Part shown: positions 20,172 through 29,954 of the stretch, in pieces | Layout of the letters: each line of letters begins with the position of its first letter | Position numbering within the stretch: the stretch's first letter is position 1 | Virus record (IMG/VR): IMGVR_UViG_3300042449_001682 | From: an uncultured virus (IMG/VR IMGVR_UViG_3300042449_001682) | Lineage: Duplodnaviria; Heunggongvirae; Uroviricota; Caudoviricetes | Length of the DNA: 64,000 nucleotides | Direction: 5' to 3' (one strand) | The notes under the pieces: model-generated | What the model was told of the DNA's origin: nothing | The model's database searches: none | Seen by the model: only the letters and a program-made list of their open reading frames with translations | Position numbers and translations under genes: made by a program

Positions 20172-21083
20172 ATGGGAAATATTGTAGTAACAGGTGGTTC
20201 TGGTTTGGTTGGTAAAAGTTTAAAAAAATACTTACCTAATGCAGTTTATTTATCGTCTAAAGATTTTGATTTAACGACAGAAAATGGTGTAAAAAATATG
20301 TATGAAACATATAAACCTAATGTCGTTATCCATTTAGCCGCTAAGGTTGGTGGTATTATTGATAATATTAATAAACCCGCAGAATATTTTACTGAAAATA
20401 TTTTAATGAATACACTATTGGTAGAATATGCAAAAAAATATGGTGTAAAAAGATTTGTTGGGATTTTAAGTACATGTATTTTTCCCGATGTTTCCAATGA
20501 ATACCCAATGAAAGAGGAATCATTACATTTAGGCCCACCAACTGAAACTAATTTTTCTTATGGTTATGCAAAAAGAAGTTTGGCAGTTCAAATAGATGCA
20601 TATAATAAACAATACGGAACTAAATATCAATACCTCACACCTTGTAATTTGTATGGATTAGACGATAAAGATGGTGAAAATAATAGTCATTTTATCACTG
20701 CATTGATTAAAAAAATATTCGACGCTAAACAAAAAAATGAGAATAAAATTACTTTGTACGGTGATGGATCACCACTTAGACAATTTATGTACTCTGATGA
20801 TTTTGCCAAAATTATCTATGATGTCATAGATAAAGAAATTTATGAAAGTTTTAATGTAGCCTCTTTCGAGAATTTATCAATTAAGGAAATGTCGGAAATT
20901 GCACTTAAATCTTGTGGGGGAGAACATTTAGAAATTATATGGGACAATACAAAACCTAATGGTCAATATAGAAAAGATGTCTCAATTGAAAAATTAAAAT
21001 CTTTATTACCAGAATTTAACCCAATACCATTATCTGATGGAATAAAATTAGTTTATAAAAATTATTATGATAAAGTTAGTTAG
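20172..21083 (+). CDS. fcl: GDP-L-fucose synthase / GDP-colitose synthase (Fcl/ColC-type)
   Basis: TGGSGLVG, HLAAKVGGI..N, STCIFP, GPP..TN..YGYAKR, SHFI, G.GSPLRQFMY. Confidence 0.88.
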   Translation: MGNIVVTGGSGLVGKSLKKYLPNAVYLSSKDFDLTTENGVKNMYETYKPNVVIHLAAKVGGIIDNINKPAEYFTENILMNTLLVEYAKKYGVKRFVGILSTCIFPDVSNEYPMKEESLHLGPPTETNFSYGYAKRSLAVQIDAYNKQYGTKYQYLTPCNLYGLDDKDGENNSHFITALIKKIFDAKQKNENKITLYGDGSPLRQFMYSDDFAKIIYDVIDKEIYESFNVASFENLSIKEMSEIALKSCGGEHLEIIWDNTKPNGQYRKDVSIEKLKSLLPEFNPIPLSDGIKLVYKNYYDKVS

Positions 21084-22218
21084 TGATACAATTAATAAAG
21101 AAATTATTAAATCTTTATGTGAGTGGTTATCACAAGATGAAATACCTAGATTAACCAAAGGGGATTTAACCGTAGAATTAGAAAATGAATGGGCAAAAAA
21201 AATAGGTACTAAGTATTCTGTTTTTGTTAACTCAGGATCATCCTCAATACTATTAACCTTAGCGGCACTAATACAATCTAAAAAATTAAAAAATAATAAG
21301 ATTATTGTTCCTGGATTAAGTTGGGCAACAGATGTTAGTACCCCTATGATACTTAATATGGAAACATTTATGTGTGACTGTAATTTAAGTGACTTATCTT
21401 GTGATTTAAATCATTTAGAAAAATTATTTATAGAACACAACCCCTCTGTTTTTATATTAGTCTCACCTTTAGGTTTAGTACCTGATATGGAAAAAATTGT
21501 TGACTTATGTGATAAATATGATGTTGTTTTACTTGAAGATGTATGTGAGAGTATGGGATCAAAATATGGTGATAAATATTTAGGCACGTTTGGTTTTGCC
21601 TCTTTCTTCTCTATGTATTTTGGGCATCATCTAAGTACCATTGAGGGAGGTTTCATCAATACAGACGATGAAGATTTTTATCATTTATTATTAATGATGA
21701 GAAGTCATGGTTGGGATAGAGATTTACCTAAATGGAAACAAACCGAACTTAGAGAAAAGTACTCAACAAACGATTTTGATTCCCTTTATAATTTTTATGT
21801 ACCAGGACTTAATTTAAGATCAACTGACCTTCAAGCATTTATTGGTATTAAATCAATTCAAAACTTAGACAACTATTCGGTAATAAGGAATGAAAATTTT
21901 AATGAATATATTAAAAATATTAATATAAATGAATTAAGTATAAAAAATGAACCCATTAATTTTATTTCAAACTTTGCCTTTCCTGTTGTATCAAAGTATA
22001 GGGATAAAATAGTGAAAGAATTAATAGAAAATAATATTGAAGTGAGACCTTTAATTGCTGGTGATATGTCTAAAAAACCTATGTGGTTTGAAAAATATGG
22101 GGTTAATAAATTACCTAACTGTGAATTTATTAACCAATATGGATTTTATGTACCGAATCATCAAAATTTAACTAAAGAAAATATTTTAAATATAACTAAA
22201 ATCATTAATAATGGGTAA
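21067..22218 (+). CDS. colD: ColD-like GDP-4-keto-6-deoxymannose 3-dehydratase (DegT family)
   Basis: VNSGSS, LEDVCESMG, SMYFGHHLSTIEGG (His in place of the Schiff-base Lys), RSHGWDR, G.NLR.TD, RPLIAG; sits between gmd and the reductase. Confidence 0.75.
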   Translation: MIKLVSDTINKEIIKSLCEWLSQDEIPRLTKGDLTVELENEWAKKIGTKYSVFVNSGSSSILLTLAALIQSKKLKNNKIIVPGLSWATDVSTPMILNMETFMCDCNLSDLSCDLNHLEKLFIEHNPSVFILVSPLGLVPDMEKIVDLCDKYDVVLLEDVCESMGSKYGDKYLGTFGFASFFSMYFGHHLSTIEGGFINTDDEDFYHLLLMMRSHGWDRDLPKWKQTELREKYSTNDFDSLYNFYVPGLNLRSTDLQAFIGIKSIQNLDNYSVIRNENFNEYIKNININELSIKNEPINFISNFAFPVVSKYRDKIVKELIENNIEVRPLIAGDMSKKPMWFEKYGVNKLPNCEFINQYGFYVPNHQNLTKENILNITKIINNG

Positions 22219-23194
22219 AAAAATTGCACTTATAACTGGAATAAATGGACAGGATGGTTCATATTTGGCAGAATTTCTTTTAGAAAAAGGTTATGTGGTT
22301 CACGGTATATTAAAAAGAAATTCTGTTGCAGAAAATCAAACTGCTAGGTTAGATAATGTGTATGATAAAGTAAAATTACATTATGGTGATTTAACGGATA
22401 TGTCATCATTAATTAGTGTTATACAGAAAGTAATGCCTGATGAAATATATAATTTGGCTGCACAATCACATGTTAGAATTTCATTTGATCAACCATTATA
22501 TACTTCTAATGTTACTGGATTAGGAACTTTAAATCTCCTTGAGTCGATTAAACTAATCAAACCCGACACTAAAATTTATCAAGCATCGTCATCAGAAATG
22601 TTCGGTAACTCAATCGATTCTGATGGGTACCAAAGAGAAACTACCCCTATGAATCCAGTTTCACCATACGGATGTGCTAAAGTATTTAGTTATAATATTT
22701 GTCGTAACTACAGAAACTCATATGGTATGTTTGTTTCTAATGGTATTTTATTTAATCACGAATCCCCAAGAAGGGGTACAAACTTCGTAACCAATAAAGT
22801 ATGTAAAGAAGCAGTTAAGATAAAATTAGGGTTGTCTAATGAATTAAAATTGGGTAATCTTGATGCTACAAGAGATTGGGGTCACGCTAAAGATTATGTT
22901 AAAGCGATGTGGGAGATTCTACAATTAAAAAATCCTGACGATTTCGTATGTTCAACGGGAACATCACATTCAGTTAGAGAGCTTGTCACATATGTTTTCA
23001 ATAGGTTAGGGTTAGATTGGGTTGACTATGTGAAACAAGATGAAAAATTCTTAAGACCTGAAGAATTACACGATTTAAAAGGTGATTCATCTAAATTAGT
23101 TAAAAACACAGGATGGTTACCCTATTATACATTCGAAACGATGTTAGATGAAATGATTGACTATTGGTTAATTTATTATAACATTCACAATTAA
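22211..23194 (+). CDS. gmd: GDP-mannose 4,6-dehydratase
   Basis: ITGINGQDGSYLAE, YNLAAQSHV..SF, QASSSEMFG, SPYGCAK, NGILFNHESPRRG, RDWGHA. Confidence 0.97.
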   Translation: MGKKIALITGINGQDGSYLAEFLLEKGYVVHGILKRNSVAENQTARLDNVYDKVKLHYGDLTDMSSLISVIQKVMPDEIYNLAAQSHVRISFDQPLYTSNVTGLGTLNLLESIKLIKPDTKIYQASSSEMFGNSIDSDGYQRETTPMNPVSPYGCAKVFSYNICRNYRNSYGMFVSNGILFNHESPRRGTNFVTNKVCKEAVKIKLGLSNELKLGNLDATRDWGHAKDYVKAMWEILQLKNPDDFVCSTGTSHSVRELVTYVFNRLGLDWVDYVKQDEKFLRPEELHDLKGDSSKLVKNTGWLPYYTFETMLDEMIDYWLIYYNIHN

Positions 23195-23218
23195 TAAAAA
23201 CAAACTTAAAATTAAATT

Positions 23219-23974
23219 ATGTCAAGAAGAAAAAATAGAAAACTTTCTGAAGAAGATCTTAGAGAAGTAGAAGAATTTATCTACAGAAAAAATGATGAAG
23301 AGGAAAAATTTCTATCATCAATGTTCGTTAACGTTAAATGTAAAAACGAAAACCAAAAAAAATTAGTTGACTCTATAAAAAATAATCAAATAACTATTGT
23401 ATCTGGTTTACCTGGAACAGGTAAGACTTTTATAGCGTGTGCCGAAGCACTTAAAATTGTTAAGTCTAGAACCAAATATAAGAAGATTCTATTAGTTAAA
23501 TCTGTCACACAATTACCAGGAGAAGAATTAGGTTTTCTACCAGGTGATTTAAAAGAAAAATTAGAACCATATATGATTTCATTTATAGATAACTTTGAAA
23601 AAATTATTGGTGAAACAATGACTAGGAAATTAAGGGAATTAGGTATCATTAGTATACAACCATTAGCGTTTGTTAGAGGTAGAAGTATTGATAATACAAT
23701 TATCATTGTTGATGAGGCACAAAATATATCACTCTCAAATATGAGAACTCTAATGACTAGAATTGGTAATGATTCGAAAATGGTAATTTTAGGTGATGTT
23801 AAACAAAGAGATATTAAAAAGAAAAGTGATAGTTCTTTAGAAATAATAATAAATAGATTTGAAGATAAAGAAGATTTTGGTACAGTTACTTTGAGAGATG
23901 AAGGTGATATTGTTAGGAACCCACTTATTAAAACTATTGAGGATATTTTCGATCAAATAGAAGAAAATAAATAA
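23219..23974 (+). CDS. phoH: PhoH-family ATPase
   Basis: GLPGTGKT, LGFLPGDL.EK..PY, RGRS, DEAQN, TRIG, GD..Q.D, VRNPL. Confidence 0.95.
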   Translation: MSRRKNRKLSEEDLREVEEFIYRKNDEEEKFLSSMFVNVKCKNENQKKLVDSIKNNQITIVSGLPGTGKTFIACAEALKIVKSRTKYKKILLVKSVTQLPGEELGFLPGDLKEKLEPYMISFIDNFEKIIGETMTRKLRELGIISIQPLAFVRGRSIDNTIIIVDEAQNISLSNMRTLMTRIGNDSKMVILGDVKQRDIKKKSDSSLEIIINRFEDKEDFGTVTLRDEGDIVRNPLIKTIEDIFDQIEENK

Positions 23975-23977
23975 AAA

Positions 23978-24127
23978 ATGAAAAAATTTTTTTTGAAAAC
24001 TAAAAAAGGTGAGGTGATTAATTACACAACACAAGAAAATGAAATTTTAGCAATAAAATATTTTTCTAAAATGAAGGGGTTGAGTAAAGAAGATTTATTA
24101 AAAATTTTTAATATAGAAAAAGAATGA
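23978..24127 (+). CDS. Small hypothetical protein (49 aa, below the ORF-track cut-off)
   Basis: MKKFFLKTKKGEVINYTT...IFNIEKE fills the gap; its TGA overlaps the next ATG (ATGA). Confidence 0.65.
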   Translation: MKKFFLKTKKGEVINYTTQENEILAIKYFSKMKGLSKEDLLKIFNIEKE

Positions 24128-24756
24128 TAGTAGGTATAACAATCGATGGTGTAGTTAGAGACTTCATCTCAAAATTTGAATCTGTATATGATAAATATTA
24201 CCCTAACGAAGAGGATACTGAAAACGATGGCGTTGAAGTTGAATTAGGAAGAAGAGTTATAGATACATTAGATTTATTAGAACATTTTGATTTTAAAGGT
24301 GGTGAGGAAGAATTAAATAAATTCTTATATGTGGATTCATCTTTAGAAATTTTTGGTCATGCAGGTGAGGTAAAATTAAATTCTGTGGAACATTTAAATC
24401 AACTACATAATATCATAGAAGATATGGGACATACTCCAGTGGTAATAAGTAAGGAATTAAATAATAGTAAACCCGCAACTTTATTCTTTTTATCTAAATT
24501 ATCAGCAAAAGTTAATAATATTATTTTTGTAAGAGATTATGATAAGAAATGGGATCATGTTGATGTATTAATCACTGCAAACCCATCCGCTTTGAATTGT
24601 AAACCAAATGATAAGATTTCCATAAAAGTAATAAATCATTACAATAAAAATTGTAACTCTGATTATACAATTATTGATCTTAAAGAAATAATTGATGATA
24701 AAAAACTTTTAGGTAAAATTTTAAACACAGAAACAGTAGATTTTGAAGATGTTTAA
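24124..24756 (+). CDS. HAD-fold 5'(3')-nucleotidase-like protein with degenerate motif I
   Basis: IVGITIDGVVRDF resembles I.IDxDGV..DF; also VVISKE and DVLITANP. Confidence 0.6.
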   Translation: MIVGITIDGVVRDFISKFESVYDKYYPNEEDTENDGVEVELGRRVIDTLDLLEHFDFKGGEEELNKFLYVDSSLEIFGHAGEVKLNSVEHLNQLHNIIEDMGHTPVVISKELNNSKPATLFFLSKLSAKVNNIIFVRDYDKKWDHVDVLITANPSALNCKPNDKISIKVINHYNKNCNSDYTIIDLKEIIDDKKLLGKILNTETVDFEDV

Positions 24757-24801
24757 CATTTACTTATTAATATAAAATATTAAATTAATAAAAAATAAAA
24801 T

Positions 24802-25131
24802 ATGGAAAACTTATTATTAGAAATTGGGGGTAAAGAATTATATATTGATGTTGAAAGATTATCAGAGATAGTTAGAATTGAGCCGAGTGAAAAAATTGTT
24901 AAGAATTTAGAAACTGAAGAAGAAACTGAAGAAGAAAACTTATTAGACGATTCAGTAGTTCAAATAGACGTAACAAAATATGAACTATATAGAGAGATGG
25001 TGGGAACACTTTTATCGTATAATGAGGAAATAGATAATAGAATGGGTAAAGTAGCCTTAAATGCAACGTCAGTCCCATTTAAACTAGCGTACAACACTCT
25101 TTTAATGAAGGGTATAATAAGAGAATTATAA
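24802..25131 (+). CDS. Hypothetical acidic protein
   Basis: 109-aa ORF with an A-rich leader. Confidence 0.65.
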   Translation: MENLLLEIGGKELYIDVERLSEIVRIEPSEKIVKNLETEEETEEENLLDDSVVQIDVTKYELYREMVGTLLSYNEEIDNRMGKVALNATSVPFKLAYNTLLMKGIIREL

Positions 25132-25152
25132 ATAATAATAAAATAAAATGCT

Positions 25153-26283
25153 ATGAGTGAACAATTAGAAAAAATTAAAGAATCAATTGGAAAAATAGAG
25201 AATAAAGATTTCGGTATTTATTTCTTTACAATTGACACCAAAGGTAATCCTACTGCAGGTGTCGCAACAATTTACGAACACGTAAAAAAACTTAGAGAAT
25301 TGGGATATAATGCCAATATTCTTCATGATAAGAATGATTATAAACTAAGAGAAGATGAAGAAGGTATGGGTATTGCTGAATGGTTAGGTGAAGAATACGC
25401 TAACTTACCACACGTATCTATCGAATCACAAAAATTACAGGTTGGACCTTACGATTTTGTAGTAATACCTGAAGCATTTGCTAGTATTATTAAACAAACA
25501 GTTAATTTCCCTTGTAAGAGAATTGTATTCTTACAGTCTTATGAGTACATTTTTGAAATGTTAGAAATCGGTGAAGGTTGGGAACAATTTGGAATTAGTG
25601 ATGTAATTACTACAAACGAAAATTTGAGTAATTATGTTAATTCTACATTTAGAAATTTAAGAACAGATATTATCCCAATAGGTATTCCCGAATATTTTAA
25701 GAATTCTAACGAACCGAAAATACCAACTATTGCTATGTCCGCTAGAGATAAAAGAGAGTTATTGAAAATTGTGAAAATTTTCTATCAGAAATATCCACAC
25801 TATAGATTTGTAACATTTAGAGATATGTCAGGTTTACCTAGAGAAATGTTTGCAAAAGAATTGTCAAAATCTTTTGTTAGTGTTTGGATTGATGAACTAT
25901 CTAGTTTTGGTACGTTCCCATTAGAGTCTATGAGAACTAAAACACCTGTTATTGGTAAAATACCGAGAATGGTGCCAGAATGGATGGGATCTATTGATGA
26001 GAATGGTAACCTTAATCTTAATGATAATGGTATTTGGACACCTAACCTTAATTCTATTCCCGATATTATTGCAACTATGGTTGGGTTATATTTAGAGGAT
26101 GCTATTCCTGAAAACATAATGAATGGTATGAGTGAATGGGAAAACAAATATAGTACAGAAGAATCAGATAAAATTTTATCTGAAGTTTATAAAGGAATTT
26201 TTGATAGGAGGATTGTTGAGTTACAACACACTTACGATCAACTAAAACAAAAAGAAGAAACACTAACAGTAGAAAACAATTAA
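25153..26283 (+). CDS. Glycosyltransferase, GT-B-like
   Basis: AGVATIYEHV..L.ELGY, DFVVIPE, SSFGTFPLESM...PVIG. Confidence 0.75.
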   Translation: MSEQLEKIKESIGKIENKDFGIYFFTIDTKGNPTAGVATIYEHVKKLRELGYNANILHDKNDYKLREDEEGMGIAEWLGEEYANLPHVSIESQKLQVGPYDFVVIPEAFASIIKQTVNFPCKRIVFLQSYEYIFEMLEIGEGWEQFGISDVITTNENLSNYVNSTFRNLRTDIIPIGIPEYFKNSNEPKIPTIAMSARDKRELLKIVKIFYQKYPHYRFVTFRDMSGLPREMFAKELSKSFVSVWIDELSSFGTFPLESMRTKTPVIGKIPRMVPEWMGSIDENGNLNLNDNGIWTPNLNSIPDIIATMVGLYLEDAIPENIMNGMSEWENKYSTEESDKILSEVYKGIFDRRIVELQHTYDQLKQKEETLTVENN

Positions 26284-26287
26284 AATT

Positions 26288-27064
26288 ATGACAAAAATAA
26301 CAGTATTAGTACCAGTTCATAAGTTAGAAGGAGAATATCTAACTAGATGTATTGAAAGTATTAAAAATCAAAAAGTTAAACCACATGAGGTTTTATTTAT
26401 CACATCAAATGATAAGGATGTAAATAAATTTTTAACAGAATATGATTACGGTGATTTAAAAGAAATCACTAAAGTAATTGAAAACGAAACTGGTGAGTAT
26501 GATTTCCAGTCACAGATTAATTTTGGTGTAGAAAAATCTAGTGGAGATTATTTCACTTTTGTGGAATACGATGACGAACTTTCACCAATATGGATTAAAA
26601 ATGGAATTCAATATTCTGAATCTTATCCTGAGGTTGGTATATTTTTACCAATAGTTTATGAAACTGACGAAAATGGTAGATTTATTTCCTTCACTAATGA
26701 GAGTGTGTGGGCAAAAGATTTCACTGAACAATCAGGATATTTAGATAATAATACATTACAAAGAGTTCAGAACTTTAATTTTGATGGTATGGTTGTTAAC
26801 AAAGAACTTTTCTTAGAACACGGTGGGTTAAAGAAAAATATTAAATTAACTTTTACCTATGAGTTTTTATTGAGAATGTCATATTTATCGATTCCTATTA
26901 TGGTAATTCCTAAATTGGGGTATAAACACACAAACAATAGAGAAGGTTCTTTATTTGTAGAATATAAGAACACTATCGATGTTTTAGAAAGTAAATTTTG
27001 GGTTAACAAAGCTAAAAAAGAATATTTTTTCACTGAAGATAGGGAAATAACATATGAACCATAA
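26288..27064 (+). CDS. Glycosyltransferase family 2
   Basis: TVLVPVH, CIESIKNQ, INFGV...GDYFTFVEYDD, EFLLR. Confidence 0.85.
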   Translation: MTKITVLVPVHKLEGEYLTRCIESIKNQKVKPHEVLFITSNDKDVNKFLTEYDYGDLKEITKVIENETGEYDFQSQINFGVEKSSGDYFTFVEYDDELSPIWIKNGIQYSESYPEVGIFLPIVYETDENGRFISFTNESVWAKDFTEQSGYLDNNTLQRVQNFNFDGMVVNKELFLEHGGLKKNIKLTFTYEFLLRMSYLSIPIMVIPKLGYKHTNNREGSLFVEYKNTIDVLESKFWVNKAKKEYFFTEDREITYEP

Positions 27065-27073
27065 ACATTCGTT

Positions 27074-27808
27074 ATGTCTGAAGAACCTAAAAAAAGGGGT
27101 CGGAAGAGAACGAATAACCTATATTTTGGTCCTGAACAGGAAGAAGCAGTAGTTAAATTTTTAACAAGTGAATCGTATAGCGAAAGAAATAGAATTTATG
27201 TTGAATATCTAAAAGACCCTATTAACAAGATGGTTGAATCCATCATTAGAAGATACAAGTTATATAGAAAAGAGTATGATTATGAGGATGTACATTCTGA
27301 TACTCTTTCTTTTTTAATAACAAAAATGCATAACTTCAAACCCGATAAGAATAAAAAGGCTTATTCTTATTTTGGTACGATATGTAAACATTATCTTTTA
27401 GGACAATTAATAAAAGATGATAAAAAATTAAAATCTGATGTATCATATGATGATGTATATAAAACTGTCGAAACGATGGATGATTTTATATACCATATTG
27501 ATGATCAAAAATTACAATTAGATGAGTTTATTGAAGAAATCTCTGCGAGTATTAAAGCGGATATGAAGTTTGGTAAATTATCTGAAAATGAAATAAAGGT
27601 TGGTGACGCATTAACTAGAATTTTAGATAATTGGGAATCTATTTTTGAACAAATAGAAAGTGGTAATAAATACAATAAAAATCTTATACTTTCATATATA
27701 AGAGAAATATCCGATTTATCAACTAAAGATATAAGAGTTGGTATGAGGAGGTTTAAAAAAATGTATTTATTACTTAAGACAGATAAAATTGATGATGATG
27801 AAATTTAA
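27074..27808 (+). CDS. Phage sigma factor, T4 gp55-like (late transcription)
   Basis: N-terminal LYF...E, then HNFKPDKNKKAYSYFGTICKHY, resembling the gp55 F.P....N.FAYFT.I segment (sigma region 2); lies just before late genes. Confidence 0.65.
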   Translation: MSEEPKKRGRKRTNNLYFGPEQEEAVVKFLTSESYSERNRIYVEYLKDPINKMVESIIRRYKLYRKEYDYEDVHSDTLSFLITKMHNFKPDKNKKAYSYFGTICKHYLLGQLIKDDKKLKSDVSYDDVYKTVETMDDFIYHIDDQKLQLDEFIEEISASIKADMKFGKLSENEIKVGDALTRILDNWESIFEQIESGNKYNKNLILSYIREISDLSTKDIRVGMRRFKKMYLLLKTDKIDDDEI

Positions 27809-27822
27809 AATTTTAAAATTAG

Positions 27823-27830
27823 ATATTTAT
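27823..27830 (+). promoter_or_regulatory. Late promoter box
   Basis: ATATTTAT 16 nt before ATG 27847. Confidence 0.65.
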
Positions 27831-27846
27831 AGGAAAATACATTAAT

Positions 27847-28227
27847 ATGTCTAGACCAAAAAAAACTAAAATCAATATAGATAAAAACAGTCTTCAAGAA
27901 CTGATGCAGGAAATTTATAACGATTGTAGTAACGTTATGAATAATGCAAGAAGAGAATTGACTGAACGTAAAGTACGTGTTGACATACAGGACATAAACG
28001 ATGAGTATCAAATAGGTAAAGTTAATAATGAGACATTAAAAATCATTGAAACTACCATAGATAAAAAAATCGCCTTAGCAAAATTACAATCTCAAATTTT
28101 AGGAGGTAAGTCTGAAGATGAAACCCAATCAAATGGGTCGGGTATCACTGAAGATGATAAGAACTTACTAAGAGAATTGTTTAAGGAAAAGTCAAACAAT
28201 AAAAATACTGAATACGATATTGATTAA
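27847..28227 (+). CDS. Coiled-coil late protein (terminase small subunit is one possibility)
   Basis: 126 aa, helical; size and late position are compatible, but there is no diagnostic motif. Confidence 0.4.
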   Translation: MSRPKKTKINIDKNSLQELMQEIYNDCSNVMNNARRELTERKVRVDIQDINDEYQIGKVNNETLKIIETTIDKKIALAKLQSQILGGKSEDETQSNGSGITEDDKNLLRELFKEKSNNKNTEYDID

Positions 28228-28233
28228 TACATT

Positions 28234-29943
28234 ATGAGTGAAAAATTTAGAAATGTAGTTTGTGAACCTAAAGATATAATTGCCGATATCAAACGACAGA
28301 TATTGGAGTTAATTTCTTTGAATAAAACTACTTGTAATAATTTACCTGATTTATCTATACCTAACGTATTACCTGATTTGTCAGATTTAAATCCTAGTCA
28401 AAAGGTAATTGATTTCTTAAACGACATTTTGGCGTTAGTAACAGGTATTAATTTTGATGAAATGAGGATGCAGTTAATTAGTTGGTTAGTCGAACAATTA
28501 ACTCCTCTATCAGAAAACCTATCAGTAAATTTAATTAATTCTATTAAAAGTTGTTTCGCTTGTAAAATTGATCCAAAAATACCTGGATGGTTATTTGTTA
28601 CTGACCCAACTACAATAGTTTTTGACGCAAACGGTACTCCATTACCAAACTCAGGTAGTCCTGGTATTGGGATGAATATTGAGTTAAATAAATTAGACTT
28701 GACTTGTTTATTTGCGGTTGACCCTAATAGTGAAGTAGGGCAACTATTTTATGATGGTGACGAGACTAATGACTTAAACGCATTTTTGTGGAAAGTAATA
28801 CAAGAGAATGGTAATCCTTTAATTTGGGCGGATCCAATAAATGGAAAACAAATTGTTGAGGTTAGGTATTTTGAAAACTCCCCAACTGCATTTATCGAAT
28901 CGGATGGTACTGTGGAGTATCAAAATATTGAAGCAAGACCTAGAGTTTTTAATGTTAGATTAATAAATCAAACTTATCAAAGTAAAACACTTATATCTTT
29001 TTTAAATGATTATTTTAATAGTCAAAATCCATTATTTAATGTGGATAAAGTTGTACCCGATATTATAAATTTAATTTATGGTACGTTAACTAATAAGATA
29101 GATTTACCTGATGAATGTTTACTACGGACAGTAGAAACGGAACAAGCCATCAGTGATTATATTGATAATGGTATTGATAATCCTGAGATTAGTTTAGATG
29201 ATAGTTTTTATGAATTTAATTCAAAACAAATTACTAACATAAAACAAATAGCAAAACAGAAAAAATTAGGCGTTAAACAATACGCTAAATGTTGTGGTAA
29301 ACAAACTAGTTCTATTTCATACGAAACGGTAAAATCTATAAATGATGAATTAACTGCATCATCTACACTACAAGAAAAAATTAATACATATACAAGATCT
29401 TTAGATGCACTAATAAGTGAGTCTACTGAAGGTGTTAAAAATTTAGATAAAAATTCTGCATCTGCAGAATTCTTAGCGAATTTCATTAGTTCCTTACAAA
29501 TTGCATTAACTAAAATAGTACTAACACCCAAAAATTTGATGATGTTAAATTTATTCTATTATTTAGTTAATTCATCGCCAGTTAAAGAAGTCTCCGTAAA
29601 AAAGATTTTAAAAGAATATGAATGTATTATACGATGTATAATTGCGGAAATTTTAAGAAAATTAATTTATGACTTTTTATTACCTTTGGTTATAAAGTCA
29701 CTTAAAAATTTAATACTTTGTGTTATAACAAAAAAAATAAAAGAACAAAGTATAAATTATTTTAAATCCAAATTAAGTTTATTACCTGGATTTGTTAATG
29801 AAAATTTAGAAAAAATAAATGAAATATTTGGTAAGGGTGAAGATTTAGTTGATTTGGCTCGTGGTTTTACAGATAAAATAAACTTAAATTCTTTAAATAA
29901 TACTAATTTATCTTTTAATAAAAAAGGTAGATTTTGTGATTAA
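28234..29943 (+). CDS. Hypothetical Cys-containing late protein, probably baseplate-associated
   Basis: 569 aa in an operon with the spike gene; multiple Cys (CFAC, KCCG, C.IRC, RFCD). Confidence 0.55.
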   Translation: MSEKFRNVVCEPKDIIADIKRQILELISLNKTTCNNLPDLSIPNVLPDLSDLNPSQKVIDFLNDILALVTGINFDEMRMQLISWLVEQLTPLSENLSVNLINSIKSCFACKIDPKIPGWLFVTDPTTIVFDANGTPLPNSGSPGIGMNIELNKLDLTCLFAVDPNSEVGQLFYDGDETNDLNAFLWKVIQENGNPLIWADPINGKQIVEVRYFENSPTAFIESDGTVEYQNIEARPRVFNVRLINQTYQSKTLISFLNDYFNSQNPLFNVDKVVPDIINLIYGTLTNKIDLPDECLLRTVETEQAISDYIDNGIDNPEISLDDSFYEFNSKQITNIKQIAKQKKLGVKQYAKCCGKQTSSISYETVKSINDELTASSTLQEKINTYTRSLDALISESTEGVKNLDKNSASAEFLANFISSLQIALTKIVLTPKNLMMLNLFYYLVNSSPVKEVSVKKILKEYECIIRCIIAEILRKLIYDFLLPLVIKSLKNLILCVITKKIKEQSINYFKSKLSLLPGFVNENLEKINEIFGKGEDLVDLARGFTDKINLNSLNNTNLSFNKKGRFCD

Positions 29944-29954
29944 AATTTTATAAA

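Noticed and set aside
4763..27064. Bacterial O-antigen/capsule locus (host contamination or prophage flank)
   Set aside because: No wzx/wzy/wzz/ABC exporter or initiating transferase. The genes are interleaved with phage-type dut and phoH, run straight into the gp55-like gene, and show no obvious composition break.
27847..28227. Firm call as terminase small subunit
   Set aside because: Only size, helicity and late position support it, and it lies far from the large subunit; kept as low confidence.
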